Below are positions 9,432 through 19,855 of a stretch of 64,000 nucleotides of DNA, piece by piece (position 1 is the stretch's first letter; every line of letters begins with the position of its first letter). Both the position numbers and the translations under genes were made by a program. Location of the stretch: assembly GCA_015222055.1 (NCBI GenBank), contig JADFUR010000113.1, forward strand, positions 41-64,040. Reading direction: 5' to 3'. The DNA is from Bacteroidota bacterium (GTDB taxonomy: Bacteria; Bacteroidota; Bacteroidia; Bacteroidales; B39-G9). Under the pieces are notes generated by a model that was not told the origin of the DNA, ran no database searches, and saw nothing but the letters and a program-made list of their open reading frames with translations.

Positions 9432-10532
9432 TTATTTCCAAGAATTTAATAAATATATAACCCTATCAATATCTGCTTTAGACATAACTTGACTAATAGG
9501 AATACTTAATATTTCATTGTGAATTTTTTCTGTTATAGGAAAAGATAACTTATTCATTTCTTTGTAACACTTTTGCTTATGAGGAGGAATAGGATAATGA
9601 ATTATAGTTTGAACCTCATTATCTTCCAAATATTCTTTTAATCTATTTCTATCTATACATCTAATAGGAAATAAATGAAATGCGTGAGATTTCCAATCTT
9701 TTATTTTTGGTAGAATTATTCTATTATTTTTTATCTCTTTTACATATATCTTTGCAACTTCTTGACGAATAGAAACATCCTCATCTAAATATTTTAATTT
9801 TACATCAAGAACAGCAGCTTGGATTTCGTCCATACGGCTATTTTTCCCGATATAATCAAATACATATTTTTTAGAAGAACCATAATTAGCTAAAGAACGT
9901 ATAGTTTTAATTAATGATTCATCGTTAGATGTAACAGCACCAGAGTCACCTAAAGCTCCCAGATTTTTACCAGGATAAAAAGAATGACCAGCAGCATCAC
10001 CTAATGACCCGGTCTTTTTCCCTTTGTATTGACAACCATGAGCTTGAGCATTATCTTCAATTAATTTAAGATCGTATTTTTCACACAAATTCATAATTTT
10101 TTGGGTATATGCACATTGCCCATACAAATGAACTACTAATATAGCTTTAGTCTTATTTGTAATTGCACTCTCTATCTTTGAATCATCTATTTGATAATCA
10201 TCTATATTCGGTTCTACAAGAACAGGTTTTAAACCATTTTCTGATATAGCTAAAATTGAAGCCACAAATGTATTAGCTGGCACAATAACTTCATCTCCTG
10301 GTTTCATTATACCTAATTCGATATAAGCCCTAAAAATTAAAATCAAAGAATCTAATCCATTTGCACATCCTACAGCATATTTGCTTCCAATGTATTTAGC
10401 ATAATTTTTCTCAAATATTTCGTTTTCTTTTCCTTGAAGATACCAACCAGAATCCACAACTCTATGTACTGCATTATGTATCTCTTCAGAATACTTTTGA
10501 GTAATTTTTTGTAAGTCTAAAAATTTAATCAT
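9432..10532 (-). CDS. DegT-family aminotransferase, FdtB/QdtB-like (dTDP-3-amino-3,6-dideoxyhexose synthesis)
   Basis: 366 aa. '[13 protein letters not shown]', '[11 protein letters not shown]' and the PLP-lysine context '[18 protein letters not shown]'. Translationally coupled (4-nt overlap) to FdtC- and FdtA-like genes. Confidence 0.85.
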   Translation of the reverse strand: MIKFLDLQKITQKYSEEIHNAVHRVVDSGWYLQGKENEIFEKNYAKYIGSKYAVGCANGLDSLILIFRAYIELGIMKPGDEVIVPANTFVASILAISENGLKPVLVEPNIDDYQIDDSKIESAITNKTKAILVVHLYGQCAYTQKIMNLCEKYDLKLIEDNAQAHGCQYKGKKTGSLGDAAGHSFYPGKNLGALGDSGAVTSNDESLIKTIRSLANYGSSKKYVFDYIGKNSRMDEIQAAVLDVKLKYLDEDVSIRQEVAKIYVKEIKNNRIILPKIKDWKSHAFHLFPIRCIDRNRLKEYLEDNEVQTIIHYPIPPHKQKCYKEMNKLSFPITEKIHNEILSIPISQVMSKADIDRVIYLLNSWK

Positions 10533-11047
10533 TTTTTATATATAAAGCCTTTTTTATCTTTTTTATTCATATCTAAAAGCAAACCCTCATCAGTAATATA
10601 TCCTTGGAGTTTAGCAGGATTTCCATACCATACAGTATTATTAGGAATATCTTTAGTTACTACACTTCCCGCACCAATAAATGCATGTTTTCCTATATTA
10701 TTTCCAGCTATAATGGTAGAATTAGCTCCAATAGACGCACCTTCGCCTATATTAGTTTCATATTGAACAAAAGATTGCTTAGAACGAGGAATTAAATCGT
10801 TCGTAAAAGTCACATTAGGACCTATAAAAACTTTATTTTCTACAGTTACACCGTCCCAAATCTGTACACCAGATTTTACAGTGACATCATCTCCTATTAT
10901 AACTTTATTTTCGATTAGCACATTAGCACAAATATTACAATTCTTACCTATTTTTGCATAAGAAAAAATAACACAAAATTGCCAAATTTTTGTACCATCA
11001 CCAATATTTGATGTTTTTACATCTGCAAGTTCATGGATTTTAATCAT
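10529..11047 (-). CDS. left-handed beta-helix (hexapeptide) N-acetyltransferase, FdtC/QdtC-like
   Basis: 172 aa with obvious hexapeptide periodicity ('[49 protein letters not shown]'). Lies between the FdtA-like and FdtB-like genes. Confidence 0.8.
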   Translation of the reverse strand: MIKIHELADVKTSNIGDGTKIWQFCVIFSYAKIGKNCNICANVLIENKVIIGDDVTVKSGVQIWDGVTVENKVFIGPNVTFTNDLIPRSKQSFVQYETNIGEGASIGANSTIIAGNNIGKHAFIGAGSVVTKDIPNNTVWYGNPAKLQGYITDEGLLLDMNKKDKKGFIYKK

Positions 11048-11462
11048 GATTTTTAAATTTTAAAAATTTATCATAGTCCCTTATATAATCACCAGCATAA
11101 TACTTTGCTGAAGCAAGAACCATACAGACAGAACCCGATGAAAAATCATCCAATTCACGCCAAATTCCCGGTACTACATATAAACCTTGATATGGTCTAT
11201 TTAAAGTAAATGTCCTTTTAACATTTCCGTCATCAAGTGTGACGCTAAAAGATCCACTTGCTGCCACTATTAACTGATTTAATTCTTTATGTGCATGAGA
11301 ACCTCTAGATTCTCCTCCAGGCACATCATATAAGTAATAAACACGCTTTACATCAAATGGTATCGTTTTTTTGTTTTCAACAACAGAAATATTTCCTTTT
11401 CTATCACTATGATGTTTATCTAATTCTATTATAGAACAATCATAGACACTACTATTATTCAT
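11040..11462 (-). CDS. FdtA/WxcM-like dTDP-4-keto-6-deoxyhexose 3,4-ketoisomerase (cupin), paralog 1
   Basis: 140 aa. 'IPFDVKRVYYLYDVPGGESRGSHAHKEL' and 'DFSSGSVCMVLASAKYYAGDYIRDYDKF' align closely with remembered FdtA. The HAH catalytic pair is present. Confidence 0.8.
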   Translation of the reverse strand: MNNSSVYDCSIIELDKHHSDRKGNISVVENKKTIPFDVKRVYYLYDVPGGESRGSHAHKELNQLIVAASGSFSVTLDDGNVKRTFTLNRPYQGLYVVPGIWRELDDFSSGSVCMVLASAKYYAGDYIRDYDKFLKFKNHD

Positions 11463-11866
11463 AAAATATTCATTTTTAAAAAATCATCATAACTACGTAT
11501 ATAATCTAACTCATCGTACTTCATAGAAGAAAGAATCAGTGCCAGAGAATTAGTTGAAAAATTATTCATAGTTCTCCATAATCCATTAGGAACATAAAGT
11601 CCTTTATATGATCTATTTAGCGAATAGGTTTTTTTTTCTTTACCATCATCAAGAACAATATCAAAACTACCAGAAAGAGCTATAATAAACTCACAATTAT
11701 CCTTGTATGCATGCCCTCCTCTTTCTTCTCCTCCAGGAACATCATATAACCAATAACATCTTTCTATGTTAAAAGGGATATGATTTTTTTCTTCAACAAA
11801 AGATAAATTTCCTCTTTCATCAAGAAATTTAGGAAGATTTATAATTTTAACATCATTTAATTTCAT
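11459..11866 (-). CDS. FdtA/WxcM-like sugar 3,4-ketoisomerase (cupin), paralog 2 with HAY in place of HAH
   Basis: 135 aa. 'IPFNIERCYWLYDVPGGEERGGHAYKD' and 'KYDELDYIRSYDDFLKM'. Same fold signature as the neighbouring paralog but clearly diverged. Confidence 0.7.
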   Translation of the reverse strand: MKLNDVKIINLPKFLDERGNLSFVEEKNHIPFNIERCYWLYDVPGGEERGGHAYKDNCEFIIALSGSFDIVLDDGKEKKTYSLNRSYKGLYVPNGLWRTMNNFSTNSLALILSSMKYDELDYIRSYDDFLKMNIL

Positions 11867-11867
11867 A

Positions 11868-13115
11868 CTATACCTTTTTTGTTTTCCTTACATTTTCAAG
11901 ATTATTAACATAGGAAATCGCCACTTTTTTGTCAGTTAAATTTTTAGCTGTATTTATTGAATTATATCTTAACTCTTTTCTATCTTCCAAAGATAATGAC
12001 ATTACCCTCTTTAAGGTAAATTTTATATCTTTCAAATTATTAGGATCACATAAAAAACCATTATTTCCATCATTAATAATTCCATCAATACCTTCTCCTT
12101 TTGATCCTATAGTTATGCATCCTTGTCCCATAGCTTCTAGATAAACCAAGCCAAAAACTTCGTTTACACTCAACATAATAAAACAATCAGAAGATCTCAT
12201 TAGTGAAGTAACATCTTCCCTACTTTTTCTTCCCAAAAAATGAACCTGATCAGTTAATTCAAATTTATTAACCAATTTTTTTAGTTTTTTTTCACATTGA
12301 CCTCTTCCAACAATAGAAAACTCAAAATCTTTTTTTGGAAAAGATTCGTTTAAAGCTTTTATTATTGTATCAACTCTTTTACGTTCAATTAAACTACCTA
12401 CATAACAAAACTTTTTAATTTTGTCATTTTTAGTAATTAAATTTGTGTCTACATAATCAGATGGAATTCCTGAATAACAAAGAAAATCATTATCTTGTTT
12501 TCCGTAAATATTTTCAAAAGAATTCTTAATAGTTTTTGAACGAAACCCCCAAATATCAATTTTAGACATCAAAGAATCATAATTAGAAGAATAGATTTTT
12601 TTTATCTCAGAACCATTACTATGTAATACAATACAACTTACTGGTTTATTATTATAAATTTCTTTTAAATAATCTACCATTTCTAACATCGGGTTTGTAA
12701 AATGTCCAATTATATAATCAGGAACAAAATTTTGTTCTGCATTTTTTTTTATTACATTATTTAATGTTCGCTTTATATGTTTTTTTGAAAATTTTCCATG
12801 TGGCACATATTTTAATAAAGGAATTCTTTCTATCTCTACTCCATCATAATTTCCTATAAATATATCTTTTTCTCTTTTTTTATAAACAATACCACCAGTT
12901 TTTGCTTCAATAAAACCACGTGCCAATTTAGCAAATAAATAAAAAAAATGTGGATATACAGCCTGAGTATGAATAACTTTTACATTATAACCTAGTTTTA
13001 CCCATTCTTTTGCAAAATAATGACAAACTGGTGTGCCAAAACTAACAAATTTATCGAATAATGGATATATATTTGTTAATAATAATATATTTTTGGATTT
13101 ATTATTATTCTTCAT
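11868..13115 (-). CDS. glycosyltransferase family 4 (GT-B)
   Basis: 415 aa. C-terminal 'SDCFIMLSVNEVFGLVYLEAMGQGCITIGSKGEGIDGII' carries the E-x7-E type GT4 motif. Confidence 0.8.
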   Translation of the reverse strand: MKNNNKSKNILLLTNIYPLFDKFVSFGTPVCHYFAKEWVKLGYNVKVIHTQAVYPHFFYLFAKLARGFIEAKTGGIVYKKREKDIFIGNYDGVEIERIPLLKYVPHGKFSKKHIKRTLNNVIKKNAEQNFVPDYIIGHFTNPMLEMVDYLKEIYNNKPVSCIVLHSNGSEIKKIYSSNYDSLMSKIDIWGFRSKTIKNSFENIYGKQDNDFLCYSGIPSDYVDTNLITKNDKIKKFCYVGSLIERKRVDTIIKALNESFPKKDFEFSIVGRGQCEKKLKKLVNKFELTDQVHFLGRKSREDVTSLMRSSDCFIMLSVNEVFGLVYLEAMGQGCITIGSKGEGIDGIINDGNNGFLCDPNNLKDIKFTLKRVMSLSLEDRKELRYNSINTAKNLTDKKVAISYVNNLENVRKTKKV

Positions 13116-13218
13116 TTATTAAGTGTTTTAATTTTGTCAATTTTATAAAAGAAATATTTTTTAACAAAGATCTTTCATTTTTTTTGTAGAATATAAGCAT
13201 AATATTTCACATGCTTTT

Positions 13219-14397
13219 TTATTCGTTTCTATTTATAAAATCAATAATTTTTTTCATTTGAATTACATTATTTTTCTTTTGTAAAACAAATTCTTTAGCT
13301 AGTAATCCTCTCATTATAACATCTTTTTCAGGAAGATTTAAGATACGCTCAAAAGTATTTTTTAATCCATCCTCGGTCTCATCCTCTATTAAATAAACAT
13401 ATTTTTTATATTTTTCTGGCATACCAGAAAGATTTGTTGTTAATACTGGCGTACCAGAAACCATATATTCCATATTTTTAGAAGGGAATGAATATCTTGT
13501 AAGTTTTTCTGAAGTAAAGCGAGGATTAATTAACAAAAAAGCTTTCAATTCTGCCTGCACAACTTCTTTATTTGGAACTACACCATGATAACGTATATTT
13601 TTATGTTCTTGCGATTTTTTCTGTATATAATTAACTAAATCACCCTTCCCATACAAATGAAGCTCTGTGGTATTATTCTTAAGTTTTATAAACGCATCAA
13701 TCAACATTTTAACGCCATACTTTTCATAAAGTCCTCCTGCATAAATAAATTCTTTTTTTTCTGATTTTATTATTCTTTCTCCAGAAATCATTTCACTGTC
13801 TACTAAACCCTCCATAATAATATACGACCTTTTCTTTTTATTTATCAATTCATTCATTTCTTCTGTCAAGAGTATATATTTATCGAATGAATTTATGTAT
13901 AACATCATAACTTTTGAAACAATAGAAGAAGCACCTTTATTAACACTATAACCAGGCATATCAGTAACTACTCCTACACATATTCTATTTGCAATTTTAG
14001 TGGCTAATAAAGAACCTATGCAAGTTGAGACTTGTAAAACATCACAGATAACGACTCCTTTTTTATTCTTAACACACCAAAATAAAGTAAAGAAAAAAGA
14101 ATATAAGAATACACAGAGATTTTTAATTAATGGCACATTTATAGAAAAAGCATAATGATACTCAATATGATCTTCAAATTCAGCTTTTACATTAAAAACT
14201 AAACGTTTTATAGATTTTCGAGTAAAAGGAACAGAACTTATAGTTGAAACTTTAGAACCATTTTTGATTAAACCAACTGCTATTAATCTACAAAATTTTT
14301 GTACTGAATAAGAAGGTTTTATTTGAGCCTTTTCTTGTAAATAAGAAAGCATTCTTTTTGAGCATAGTACAGAAGAAAACAAAAAATTCATATACAA
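13219..14397 (-). CDS. glycosyltransferase (GT-B, GT1/GT4-like)
   Basis: 392 aa. C-terminal half 'GGLYEKYGVKMLIDAF...NMEYMVSGTPVLTTNLSGMPE' resembles the GT-B donor-binding domain. Confidence 0.65.
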   Translation of the reverse strand: MYMNFLFSSVLCSKRMLSYLQEKAQIKPSYSVQKFCRLIAVGLIKNGSKVSTISSVPFTRKSIKRLVFNVKAEFEDHIEYHYAFSINVPLIKNLCVFLYSFFFTLFWCVKNKKGVVICDVLQVSTCIGSLLATKIANRICVGVVTDMPGYSVNKGASSIVSKVMMLYINSFDKYILLTEEMNELINKKKRSYIIMEGLVDSEMISGERIIKSEKKEFIYAGGLYEKYGVKMLIDAFIKLKNNTTELHLYGKGDLVNYIQKKSQEHKNIRYHGVVPNKEVVQAELKAFLLINPRFTSEKLTRYSFPSKNMEYMVSGTPVLTTNLSGMPEKYKKYVYLIEDETEDGLKNTFERILNLPEKDVIMRGLLAKEFVLQKKNNVIQMKKIIDFINRNE

Positions 14398-14491
14398 ATA
14401 TATTTTTAGTTAATAATTGGTTTTTAAATCCACAAGTGATTTATCACTTCTATTTTATGGAAATTTTTTGATTTAACACTGCTAATTCAAT

Positions 14492-15598
14492 TTACATCCA
14501 GTGATGTGCCCCGAAAATAGTCTTATATATTAAAAAATCATTATACCAAATCTCTGAATAAAAGAAGTCAAAGAATCCTTTTATATTAACTAGTATTATT
14601 CCTAAAAGCAAGCCATTTTTATAATATTTATTTTTAATACTCTGAATCAAAGATGGATAACAAACAATAGTTAATAATCCAAAATAATATCCAATCCTAC
14701 CCACCAAGGGAGCAATAGTTTGTAATGGAACAATCAGAAAACTTATAATACTTAAAATAAACAACAATCTAATTTTAGCTGATTGCACAGATAATTTATA
14801 TAAGAGAGTAATAAGAACTACATTATTAAAAAGGAAACCTAGGCCTATATTTTCTAAGCCTGTTAATTTAGCTGGTACATAGTACTCATATGCGTGAAAT
14901 AATGGTAAACTCAATATATTTGACAAAATATTAGAAAAGAAGGAAGGTGCATAAAAAAACCATATCACATATAATAGAGTTAATGTTACTAATGTTTTTT
15001 TGTTTATTTTAATATTAATAAGATATCTCAAAAAATAAGTAGGTAAAAGTATTAGAGCACTTAAATGCATAGTTGATGCTAATAAAATAATTAGTATAAA
15101 AGGTATGAATTTCTTTGAATAAATAAAATCAATAGCAATTAAATACAATGTCATAGCCAAGTATTGCCTCATCATTGATAATCCTATTAACATGTGACTA
15201 GGGCCAAAAATATATAAAAGAAGAGCTAGCCAATACCATTTTATAGGAACATGCTTTTTTATAAATTTATAAATTACAAATTGTTCAAAAATAGTCAATA
15301 CTGCCACCATAGCAAAGAAACCAAAAGGTTTAAACAGTATATTTAAAAAAGCCCAGCCAAATTCCCCATTACTATAATAATCCTTCAAAGAAGACCAATC
15401 AAATAAATTTAAACCACTAGAACCTATTTCTTTAAAGATTAAAAGATAATCATGATAATCATTTCCCCAATCATATCGTATCGCTAGAAAGCATGTCAAC
15501 AGAATGAAAGCACATTCAAAACTGTATTTATTGTTTCTATTTTTAGAAAAGTAAGCTAAAAAGACACATATCAGTCCTATTATTAATGTTTGAATCAT
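14492..15598 (-). CDS. EpsG-family polytopic membrane protein (candidate Wzy-type repeat-unit polymerase)
   Basis: 368 aa, about 10 hydrophobic helices. 'RYDWGNDYHDY' near the N-terminus and 'MRQYLAMTLYLIA' are typical of EpsG-family proteins. Sits inside the glycan locus. Confidence 0.7.
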   Translation of the reverse strand: MIQTLIIGLICVFLAYFSKNRNNKYSFECAFILLTCFLAIRYDWGNDYHDYLLIFKEIGSSGLNLFDWSSLKDYYSNGEFGWAFLNILFKPFGFFAMVAVLTIFEQFVIYKFIKKHVPIKWYWLALLLYIFGPSHMLIGLSMMRQYLAMTLYLIAIDFIYSKKFIPFILIILLASTMHLSALILLPTYFLRYLINIKINKKTLVTLTLLYVIWFFYAPSFFSNILSNILSLPLFHAYEYYVPAKLTGLENIGLGFLFNNVVLITLLYKLSVQSAKIRLLFILSIISFLIVPLQTIAPLVGRIGYYFGLLTIVCYPSLIQSIKNKYYKNGLLLGIILVNIKGFFDFFYSEIWYNDFLIYKTIFGAHHWM

Positions 15599-15610
15599 TT
15601 TAATAAACTG

Positions 15611-15991
15611 TTATATAGTTAATAATCGTATTGGATTTTGTTTTTTATCATGCTTCATTAAAGCTTGTTTTTTTAAATACTCTGTATCAACATTCTCTTC
15701 TAATCTAAAACTTTCACAAACTTTATCGGCTAACATTTCAATTTCTTCAAAACGATACATGTTTTTTTCTTTACCTTTCATCATATCTGGAACACCATCA
15801 ATATATGAAGCAAAACATGGTACTCCTAACAACTGAGCTTCTCCTAAAGAATTTGGACTATTTTCTATGGATGAAGGACAGATAAAAAGATTTGCTTTTA
15901 AATAATAATCACAAATTTGATCTTCATTCAAAAAACTAGAAAAAACAACCTTATTCTTTAAAATCAATCTATTTTTAAGATATAATTTCAT
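15611..15991 (-). pseudogene. C-terminal fragment of a GT4 glycosyltransferase (gene remnant)
   Basis: 126-aa ORF holding only the donor-binding end of a GT-B enzyme ('LFICPSSIENSPNSLGEAQLLGVPCFAS'). The ~250-aa N-terminal half is missing. It starts 17 nt inside the end of a complete GT4 gene. Confidence 0.5.
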
Positions 15992-17195
15992 TATATATTC
16001 GAATTTGATTCATAACAATTTTGTCAGCATTGTTATGAATCCCTTTAAATTTAACAGCGGAATTAGATAATTTTAAAGCGATTTCTTTATTAAAAAGAGC
16101 TTTTTCTATTTGCGAAGCACAACTTATAACATCTCCAGGAGGAAAATATAACAAGGTTTCTTTTTCAAAAGAGAACTCTGGCATTGCACCAGCAAAAGAA
16201 GCTACACAAGGCACCCCCAATGACAATGCTTCGGCTATAGTCATACTATATGATTCAACAAAAGATGGATTCACAAAAACCGAAGAATTAAATAAGCCTT
16301 CCACTAATCCTTCAGCGTCCATGGTATGTAGCCATTCTATAGAGCAATTCAATTTTTCTTTCTTCACTAATCTCCGTATAAAATTATCATAAGAACTTTT
16401 TCTTATCCCTTTCTTCATTAAATCAACAATTTTCAGTTTTAAATTAGGATGCTTTTTTTTCAATAAAGCAAAAGCTTTTATCAATATGTGTCCACCTTTT
16501 AGGGGATAGTCGCAACTTGAGACTGCAAATATAATTTTCTCAGAGACTTTCTCCTTAAAAAACCATTTGGGAGATCTATAAAATTCTTCTCGAAGCATTA
16601 CCTCTGTTCGGAAAATTTTACAATTTGAATTATTAAAACGAACATAATTTTTCACCCATTCAGATTGAACAGAAATATAATTCATTTTTTTAATAATATT
16701 TTGTTCGCCATTTTCTGTCTTTGCCAGTGTATGTTTTTTTGTAAGCAATGAAGAGCGAAATCTTAATATATCTTTCAACGCTATATTTTTCAACAAACTT
16801 AAAAAAGAAAGATCACCAAAGTACCATTTGCGAACAGAAAAAATCAATCCTTGCATATCAAGCAAAACTTTCCTCTGTGCTTGATAATCAATGAGATAAT
16901 TTCCATAATTGTTTTCTGTACCCCAAAGGTGAATTAAATCTGGATTAATATCGTCTATTAGTTTATTTAGATTGTTAATATTATCCTTGGTTATTTTTTT
17001 ATAGAAAGGTATATTATATTGTTTAATACTCCCAATATACGATTCGTGAAAATTCCCTTTAGCAGACACTGCTAAATTGATTATTTCAATATTAGTTTCA
17101 TCGTTAAGCTTTTGTGCTAATGGAAATAACCATGTTCCTGTCTGTTTAAATTTTTGTAGAGAAAAACAAACATTCGAAATCCATAGAATTTTCAT
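15975..17195 (-). CDS. glycosyltransferase family 4 (GT-B)
   Basis: 406 aa of full GT4 length. 'VNPSFVESYSMTIAEALSLGVPCVASFAGAMPEF'. Confidence 0.8.
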   Translation of the reverse strand: MKILWISNVCFSLQKFKQTGTWLFPLAQKLNDETNIEIINLAVSAKGNFHESYIGSIKQYNIPFYKKITKDNINNLNKLIDDINPDLIHLWGTENNYGNYLIDYQAQRKVLLDMQGLIFSVRKWYFGDLSFLSLLKNIALKDILRFRSSLLTKKHTLAKTENGEQNIIKKMNYISVQSEWVKNYVRFNNSNCKIFRTEVMLREEFYRSPKWFFKEKVSEKIIFAVSSCDYPLKGGHILIKAFALLKKKHPNLKLKIVDLMKKGIRKSSYDNFIRRLVKKEKLNCSIEWLHTMDAEGLVEGLFNSSVFVNPSFVESYSMTIAEALSLGVPCVASFAGAMPEFSFEKETLLYFPPGDVISCASQIEKALFNKEIALKLSNSAVKFKGIHNNADKIVMNQIRIYNEIIS

Positions 17196-17265
17196 ACTTA
17201 TTATTTTTTATTAAAACCAGATTTAATTCTTGTTTTTTGAAATAATGACACTTTAGGATACATCT

Positions 17266-18360
17266 TTACTTCAAACTTGATGTAAGGAAATTAAAGCCTT
17301 CTTTACGGTAATCAGAAATTTTATCATTTACTACTGCCCAATCAATAGGGAGCATTATTACATCCTTCAAGGAAGTTATATTCTTTTCTGATATTATTCG
17401 ATCTAATAATCCCAATTTTTTTAATATTGTAAAGAACCTGTCGTTCATTTGTGAATTCTCTATTTTTTCTAATACAACGGCGAAAGGTTTATTAAAGATA
17501 AGTGCTAACATCAAACCATGAAAGGAATTTGTCACTACGTATTTTGAAAAATAAACAGTGGATATCCATTCCTCTAATGAAAGAACTGAACTTGAATAGA
17601 AATGAACTTTAAAATCGTCACAAAACTTTTTATTCAGAAAAGAATTAATCCTCTTTCTTCCGTGAAGTATATATGAATAAAGATATGGGACATGTTCTCT
17701 GGACTCGTTAGAATGTATAGTATGATCCAACAGGTGGATATAATCATTTTTAGATAACAATAGGGTTGGGTCAGGAACTAAATTTGCCTTACACCCAAGT
17801 TCATTACAGATATCAACGCCTGTTTCTTCTCGACAACTTATGAAATCAAATTTTGATAAAGGCATTTTGATTACTTTTTTCAAATCGGCAGGGTACACAG
17901 TACAACCAAAACTAACAGCATATGAAATTCTTTTTTTTGTACTACTAACAAAAGGCAAAAAGTATGTGATTGCAGGATATTTATCTCCTGCTCTTACAAA
18001 TGAGGGATTAAATATCTGATCGCTCCCTGAAATATAAAAATCAAATTCCGGAGGATTCTCAACAAGTTGTTTAAGTGAAAAATACCGATCTGTCAAGTCT
18101 AAATTGTTTGAACGAAACCGACCAAGTTCATTCTCTTTTCTAAATTGAAAGATAAAGGACTTTAACCTAAAAAATTCGCGAGATCTAAAAAATTTATATA
18201 CAGAGAAATCGAATTTAGAGGGTTTATAATTGATTATTTTCACTTCATACCCTAAATTTAACAAAACATTAGATAAAGCATAAGCCTGAAGTACAGCTCC
18301 ATAATTTGTTGCCCAATGAAAAGTTAATATACCTATTTTTGTTTTTTTTGTTGACATCAT
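17266..18360 (-). CDS. polysaccharide pyruvyl transferase family protein
   Basis: 364 aa. 'KIGILTFHWATNYGAVLQAYAL' at the N-terminus and 'VVTNSFHGLMLALIFNKPF' near the C-terminus are typical of this family. Paired with the Fe-S protein as in Bacteroides capsule loci. Confidence 0.8.
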   Translation of the reverse strand: MMSTKKTKIGILTFHWATNYGAVLQAYALSNVLLNLGYEVKIINYKPSKFDFSVYKFFRSREFFRLKSFIFQFRKENELGRFRSNNLDLTDRYFSLKQLVENPPEFDFYISGSDQIFNPSFVRAGDKYPAITYFLPFVSSTKKRISYAVSFGCTVYPADLKKVIKMPLSKFDFISCREETGVDICNELGCKANLVPDPTLLLSKNDYIHLLDHTIHSNESREHVPYLYSYILHGRKRINSFLNKKFCDDFKVHFYSSSVLSLEEWISTVYFSKYVVTNSFHGLMLALIFNKPFAVVLEKIENSQMNDRFFTILKKLGLLDRIISEKNITSLKDVIMLPIDWAVVNDKISDYRKEGFNFLTSSLK

Positions 18361-18435
18361 TTTTTTGCTTTTTTTATTAGAATAGATCTCAGAAGCAACA
18401 TATAGTTACTCAAGGTTGAGTTAATATGAAAATTT

Positions 18436-19641
18436 TCATCTTTTTAATAATTTAATGGCTATATTTTTTATTATTCTATAAATAGGATAAGCTATTTTGA
18501 ATAAATATCTCTTAATTCTACTTTGCCATATTTCCTTCGTATATTTTTTTATTTTAGGAATAACATAGTCAAGATTGTCATCATAAAATCTATCTCTATT
18601 TTTGGATACATTTACAGACACTTCCATCGGAGGATTTCCAGATAATGCGACTTTATAGGAAGTTTTAACTGAAGTTAAGGCTAAATTAGAATAAAGCACT
18701 TCGCCCTTAATCGTATTAACTGCCACAAGGCTAGTTCCTCTATCATCATTCATTTTAGGAAGAGTGTTTTCAATTCCCCAAAAATCTCCTAAGGTTATAT
18801 CGCTTCCACTCTTAAATTTTTTAGCTGGACATTTATGACAACTAGGCCTAAGATACAAATTTTGCAGAAAGCCTTTCGTGAAGACATTCTGACTAAATGG
18901 CTGATTTATGCCTATCTTTTTATTCCCAGAAAGTCCATTTAATACAAATCTAAATGATTTCCAACCTTTATCTTTGTTTCTGAAATTAATATCATTGATA
19001 TTAGCACATGATGTTTTTTTACCTTGGTCTAGACTAAGAAGGCTCTCAGCTAGGTATTTTCTCCAAACTAAGGGACTTGGAACTCCATGACATACAATAT
19101 CTATTGTTAAAAGGTTTTCATATTCCTTTCTAAGAAACAATTTCAATCCTGCTATTTGGCAAGGTGTCCCAGTAAATAAGACTTTTCGTCCTTCTTTTAA
19201 GAAAGCAAGAACTTTATTGAAGGAATTACCAATGATGCTTTGTACATATTTAGATTTTCTAAAAGCAACGAGTCCTTCAATAGTCTCACTATAGTCATGA
19301 ACTACCGCCCAACTGTCATTGAATTTGGCACCAAAAACAACTCCTCCTTGATTTATTATAGATTGTGCTATAATAGTAAAAAGACCACCAGAAGAACTAT
19401 CTAAGCGAATTTGTTCATTTGTATTTTTAGCTGCATAAACTCCCAATGGTTTTCTTGGATGATTCTGATTGATAACTGGGCAAACTTTTTCACATAATCC
19501 ACAATCAATGCATTCAGTAAGATCTACATGAGGATAAAGAAAACCTTCTTTATCTTCAATCATATTTATACATTGCTTTGGACATACTTGAGTGCAAGCA
19601 TTACAACCACAACAGTCACTTTTTTCCTTTATAGTTATCAT
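18436..19641 (-). CDS. coenzyme F420 hydrogenase/dehydrogenase beta-subunit-like Fe-S protein (partner of the pyruvyl transferase)
   Basis: 401 aa. Two 4Fe-4S motifs, 'CCGCNACTQVCP' and 'CIDCGLCEKVCP', then a FrhB/FdhB-like body. Confidence 0.75.
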   Translation of the reverse strand: MITIKEKSDCCGCNACTQVCPKQCINMIEDKEGFLYPHVDLTECIDCGLCEKVCPVINQNHPRKPLGVYAAKNTNEQIRLDSSSGGLFTIIAQSIINQGGVVFGAKFNDSWAVVHDYSETIEGLVAFRKSKYVQSIIGNSFNKVLAFLKEGRKVLFTGTPCQIAGLKLFLRKEYENLLTIDIVCHGVPSPLVWRKYLAESLLSLDQGKKTSCANINDINFRNKDKGWKSFRFVLNGLSGNKKIGINQPFSQNVFTKGFLQNLYLRPSCHKCPAKKFKSGSDITLGDFWGIENTLPKMNDDRGTSLVAVNTIKGEVLYSNLALTSVKTSYKVALSGNPPMEVSVNVSKNRDRFYDDNLDYVIPKIKKYTKEIWQSRIKRYLFKIAYPIYRIIKNIAIKLLKR

Positions 19642-19750
19642 CTCAATCTATAATAAATTTTTAATATTGGTCTTAATATTAAATTTTTCTCATACTTTTT
19701 CATACTAACGGTTATTGTAACTCCTCAATAGACAATAGAAAATATTGATA

Positions 19751-19855
19751 TTAATAAATTGCGACCAATAATTTATTAATATATATGTTTTTAGGACATA
19801 TTATGGCACACCCCCCACAACCGTAACGATCTTTTATATTAGAAATATTATTCAT
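19751..19855 (-). pseudogene. 34-codon remnant resembling the ferredoxin-like N-terminus of a second Fe-S (FrhB-like) gene
   Basis: Hand translation of the minus strand gives MNNISNIKDRYGCGGCAIICPKNIYINKLLVAIY-stop. Its ATG overlaps the wzx TGA (ATGA). 'CGGCAIICP' is a truncated CxxCxxCxxxCP motif. It sits in the 210-bp gap before the intact Fe-S gene. Confidence 0.35.
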
